A stretch of 62,890 bases of DNA, counting the filler, from Octopus bimaculoides (Eukaryota), in NCBI RefSeq assembly GCF_001194135.2. It is 5 parts of 5 records of this genome, joined end to end, with 100 filler letters (N's around TTAATTAATTAA, not from the genome) between each part and the next. Parts side by side here need not be neighbours in the genome. Positions count along the whole stretch, not along the records: positions 60,784 to 62,890 come from NC_069007.1; 4 more parts are not named here. One strand, written 5' to 3'. Positions 60,910-62,890 of this stretch are shown piece after piece. The position numbers were made by a program, and so were the translations under genes. The notes beneath the pieces were generated by a model that searched no databases, was not told where the DNA came from, and was given only the letters and a program-made list of their open reading frames with translations. Every line of letters begins with the position of its first letter. The stretch's first letter is position 1.

Positions 60910-61400
60910 ATATATATATATACATACATATATATATATACATATACACACACACACACATGTATATATATATATACACACACACATATATATATATACA
61001 TGCATATATATGTACATATATACACACATACATATATATATATATACATATACACACACATACATATACATACATAAACATATATATTCACATACATTCA
61101 TATATACCTATACATACACATACACACACACAAATATATGTGCGTGTGTGTGGATTTTGAGGGTACGTATGCATGCGTGTCTTTGTTTCGTGTATGTGTT
61201 TGTGTATGTTCGCGTTTAGCATATATATATATATATTTCTATATCTATACCTATGTGCATCTATGTGTATACGTGTGTGCGTATCTGTTTTCCATTCTTT
61301 CGGAAAGCTTATCACAATTAACCTTGTTCTTCTTCTTGTTGTCATTGTTCTTATTGTTCTTGTCCTTATCTTCTTCATTGGTTATGGCTGTTATTGTGGA

Positions 61401-61783
61401 GGCGCAATGGCCCAGTGGTTAGGGCAGCGGACTTGCGGTCATAGGATCACGGTTTCGATTCCCAGACCAGGCGTTGTGAGTGTTTATTGAGCGAAAACAC
61501 CTAAAGCTCCACGAGGCTCCGGCAGGAGATGGTGGCGAACCCTGCTGTACTCTTTCACCACAACTTTCTCTCACTCTTACTTCCTGTTTCTGTTGTGCCT
61601 GTAATTCAAAGGGTCAGCCTTGTCACACTCTATGTCACGCTGAATATCCCCTGAGAACTACGTTAAGGGTACACGTGTCTGTGGAGTGCCCAGCCACTTA
61701 CACGTTAATTTCACGAGCAGGCTGTTCCGTTGATCGGATCAACTGGAACCCTCGGCGTTGTAAGCGACGGAGTGCCAACAACA
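61401..61783 (+). mobile_element. full-length tRNA-derived SINE, third family
   Basis: A box tggcccagtgg, B box ggtttcgattcc, (CAA) tail; antisense copy at 17652-18024. Confidence 0.9.
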
Positions 61784-61784
61784 A

Positions 61785-61950
61785 GTATTTCTTGCTCTCT
61801 ACGTTCTGAGTTTCAAATTCCACCGCGGTCGACTTCGCTGTTCATTCTATCGAGGTCGATAAAATAAGTACCAATTGAACGCTGGGGGTCGATGTAAGAT
61901 ACTTACTCCTTACCACAAAATTTCAGGACCTGTTCCCATAGTGGAAAGGA
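61785..61950 (+). mobile_element. 5'-truncated MetaSINE-like copy
   Basis: gaggtcgataaaataagtacc core. Confidence 0.78.
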
Positions 61951-61989
61951 CTACTACTATTTCTACTACTACTACTACTACTGTTATCA

Positions 61990-62540
61990 TTATTATTGTC
62001 TTCTTTCAAATTTTGCTTCCATTTCTTGCCGAGTGTCTTCCCAACACCTAGCCAATCTTTATATACTCTGAGCTTATCAAATTCCTTTGCCGAGATTTTA
62101 TGGTCACAAGGTATGCTCATGTCAATCAATAAACAGATTTTATTGTTTTGGTCTTTCATAGTCTTTCACAAAAATATCTGGATTATTAGCTTTGGTGGTC
62201 CTATCTGTATTTACTGCAAACTCCCAAATAATTGTTACATTTACACTGTCAACAGTTTTGATTTTATAATGTCGACATATTGTCAAGTGTATACGTTGGT
62301 CAACTCTGTCATGATTTACACTCTACTGGTGCTAAAACCTTACATCCAGAGATTAGGTGGTCCACTGTTTCAATCTCATTGCAGAATATCAGCACTTTGG
62401 GTCTACTCCATTTTTGATCACATTTGCTTGGTAGTTCCAGGTCAATAAACTCTGATCTTGAGCAGCAAAGATAAAGCCTCCGCTCTCTACTTTTAGCCCT
62501 GAGCTCTGTAGTCTCTAATGGACGTGATTCTGGTCGACAT
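61990..62540 (-). pseudogene. R4/Dong-like fragment (CCHC remnant + RLE), family I
   Basis: WNYQANVIKNGVDPKC; IIWEFAVNTDRTTKANNPDIF; KICLLIDMSIPCDHKISAKEFDKLRVYKD. Confidence 0.82.
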
Positions 62541-62563
62541 CAGCTTGGTTGCTACGGGCTACA

Positions 62564-62599
<36 letters not shown>

Positions 62600-62600
<1 letters not shown>

Positions 62601-62870
62601 GTTCAGTAGTTTTATTTTTATAACGTGCTTTCACTTCACTACCGAGCGCAGCTCTGTGCACCTTGGGTATGTGCTGTGGTTTGCTGTGGTGCTCTTATGT
62701 TTACTGTATTGAAAGTGTTTTGCGTAGAATGTGTGCAGTATCCAGTAGTGCAATTTTCTGTATGTTATATATATTTGTAAGTCCTGGTGTTTTTGTTATG
62801 TATTTGTCTGAATATTTTTTTATTATACCTAAGGCACCTACTATGATAGGAATTGTTTCTGTTTTTAGAT
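62600..62870 (-). mobile_element. R4/Dong-like family A 3' end
   Basis: antisense ETIPIIVGALG...KTLSIQ*; (TTA)n on both sides. Confidence 0.88.
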
Positions 62871-62890
62871 TTATTATTATTATTATTATT

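Overview
AT-rich, repeat-dense animal genomic DNA. The tRNA-derived SINE families and microsatellites resemble those of Octopus (inferred from recalled repeat families, not searched). The window is not one contig: four identical 100-bp linkers (44 N + TTAATTAATTAA + 44 N) join five pieces (1-18024, 18125-33637, 33738-59141, 59242-60683, 60784-62890). No intact host protein-coding gene is identifiable; only a weak chain of minus-strand micro-exons at 8.3-14.3 kb. Most ORF-track entries are microsatellite or N read-through. Content is mainly transposon debris: about nine distinct R4/Dong-like (RLE-endonuclease) retrotransposon fragments mostly in (AAT)n arrays; RTE, CR1/L2-like and L1/Tx1 LINE fragments; Helitron, Tigger/pogo and Tc1 (D34E) remnants; several MITE families; at least four SINE families. 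Most notable: (1) minimal type-I hammerhead-ribozyme folds in several unrelated repeats, including a fold-back with one on each strand and a tRNA-headed element with a hammerhead tail whose internal (AAT)n is invaded by Dong-like elements; (2) a TTAA (piggyBac-like) MITE that appears to move as multimers joined by a fixed 16-bp spacer; (3) a Merlin-like MITE with 8-bp TSD holding head-to-head telomere-like repeats. Most repeat boundaries are approximate.
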